Below are positions 62,694 through 64,000 of a DNA stretch of 64,000 nucleotides, one piece after another. The translations under genes were made by a program, and so were the position numbers. The DNA is from Balanoglossus misakiensis. Its lineage: Eukaryota > Animalia > Hemichordata. Location: contig CM082581.2 in NCBI GenBank assembly GCA_040954595.2, positions 3,030,699-3,094,698 of the forward strand, written 5' to 3'. Each line of letters starts with the position of its first letter. Within the stretch, counting starts at the first letter, position 1. The notes under the pieces are model-generated. The model did no database searches, was not told the DNA's origin, and worked only from the letters and a program-made list of their open reading frames with translations.

Positions 62694-63778
62694 ACCAGCA
62701 AGGAAGCCGATCGGTTTGAACCCCAAACATGTTTGATTGATCCATAGGGTCTATGATTAATCCCATGGCATTTCTGGTTTTTCTAATCTAGTTGCGCAAC
62801 CTCCAGTTCAGATAAAAGAATGCTAGTGGTTCAAAACACTATGTACATGTAGTCATTTATGTTCATTTGTAACCTGTGTTTTATGTTACCACAGATGCAT
62901 ACATGTAAAGCACACACGTACTAACTACAGATCAATTGCAGCAACTTAAAAATGACGAATATCGTAGCACTTCCTGTTTCTTGCTAACAGGGGATTAGCC
63001 CTCAGAATCTGTGCGCGTCCACACACTAAACGGACATTGTTTTGAGATCAACGCCGTCTAAATGGCAATGTTTAGGAACACGGCAACTAACAAAAATTGA
63101 GGACGTCGAGGACATGTAATTGCAACATATCTCAGTTTCTATACCTGGATATGCGTTCTGGACGACTTTGTCGTCTTCTTCATGACCGTTTTGATATCGT
63201 TTAGAAGTACTGGATGTTAATCCACAAATCGAAAACGCCTCGTCTTTTCGGCGATCGAAAGCACCTAAAGTTGGTGGCAGACCCGGCTAACTGCGAGTGG
63301 CTAGAAAACCACTCGCGTCCAGTGTTATTGACTCAACAATGGAAACTGACCCAAGACAATAGGTTACCTAGATAAACATAATCAAAAGTCACGACAGGGT
63401 TGTGCTTTGCGTTCTCACTGTATATTTGCTTCGGTCTGGATCTGAACCACCCGTCATCGCTGTCGAAAATTAACACCGGCCCAGCACAGGCGAAAAGCAT
63501 TCTCCGTCGGAGTCGTATCTGGATCGTTGCTACACCGGTACTACACCGTTGAAAACGTTAATCAATGTACAACTCTCCTTCTCAACATAAGTTTTATTTC
63601 AGACTAGGCATTCAGGGAGGGGCATTTAATTCACTACGAACAAAATGTGTCCGTTGTCAGTGTTAGTTTTCTTTATTAAGCATTTATAACACAATTACAC
63701 TACATTAGTTGTACAAATGCAAGGGAACATTTCCTTTCTGAACGAGAGAATGACAATCCGACAAACATGCTGATAAAG

Positions 63779-63803
63779 CCCCCCCCCCCCAAAAAAAAAA
63801 AAA
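63779..63803. repeat. C12-A13 compound homopolymer
   Basis: 12 C followed directly by 13 A. Confidence 0.95.
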
Positions 63804-64000
63804 ACATCAACGGCGGAGAGCTTTATCGATTGCCTTGATGCACTGTTTTGACCACACGTCGCGCTCGGCGGATCGCGGGAAATCGTGGGATTATATTACC
63901 ATGGCCTGTGCGTCGCATTTTAATTGGTCGAGATGAACGACGTCACTGACCACAAATACTCAGTAATGGTTTGTTTACATCCCCGTAAATCTGAATAGTA

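Larger units (their letters stand above)
62280..64000. other. Non-satellite flanking DNA, apparently non-coding
   Basis: No 130-bp periodicity. The ORF track shows only two short ORFs (92 and 77 aa) with no recognisable domain. AT-rich and GC-rich patches alternate. Confidence 0.75.

Noticed and set aside
62486-62719. 77-aa plus-strand ORF
   Set aside because: Non-ATG start, Lys/Gln bias from A-rich DNA, no recognisable domain, and it overlaps the opposite-strand ORF.
63450-63458. ACCCGTCAT in the flank matching the monomer
   Set aside because: A 9-bp match between a 130-bp monomer (both strands) and 1.7 kb of flank is expected by chance, and it does not extend.
63779-63803. A13 as a retroposon poly(A) tail or C12 as a G-quadruplex signal
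   Set aside because: No polyadenylation signal directly upstream, no target-site duplication seen, and simple C/A homopolymers are common and prone to sequencing error.

Overview
This window is almost all one tandem satellite DNA array. A 130-bp monomer (consensus TTTCCACTTTTTGTAAGTGAAGCCTGACTGTCGCCTGTCTTAGGTCACCACTTCATAAGCGGTCTTACCCGTCATTGGCACAAACAGTCTCAGGAAGTAAGCTTTCAGCCTACCAATGTAGCTATTATAT, 57/130 GC, one HindIII and one BstEII site) repeats head-to-tail in one orientation from position 1 to 62279, about 479 copies. Most copies differ from consensus by 0-3 changes. The array stops abruptly inside a monomer and is followed by about 1.7 kb of non-repetitive, apparently non-coding DNA that opens with a GC-rich, palindrome-dense element and several hairpins. 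I found no credible protein-coding gene, rRNA, tRNA or CRISPR array. The architecture suggests a eukaryotic, probably animal, genome (inference). The informative signal lies in the diagnostic variants, which define regional domains, nested multi-monomer duplications (2- to 21-mers), a roughly 16-kb recurrence, a diverged but re-amplified edge cassette, and variants shared by the two ends. One speculative lead: removing a canonical-looking 31-nt GTAAGT...CTGAC...TAG segment from each monomer would give a stop-free 33-codon repeat. All variant mapping was done by eye and needs computational confirmation. 'Monomer position' refers to the consensus above.
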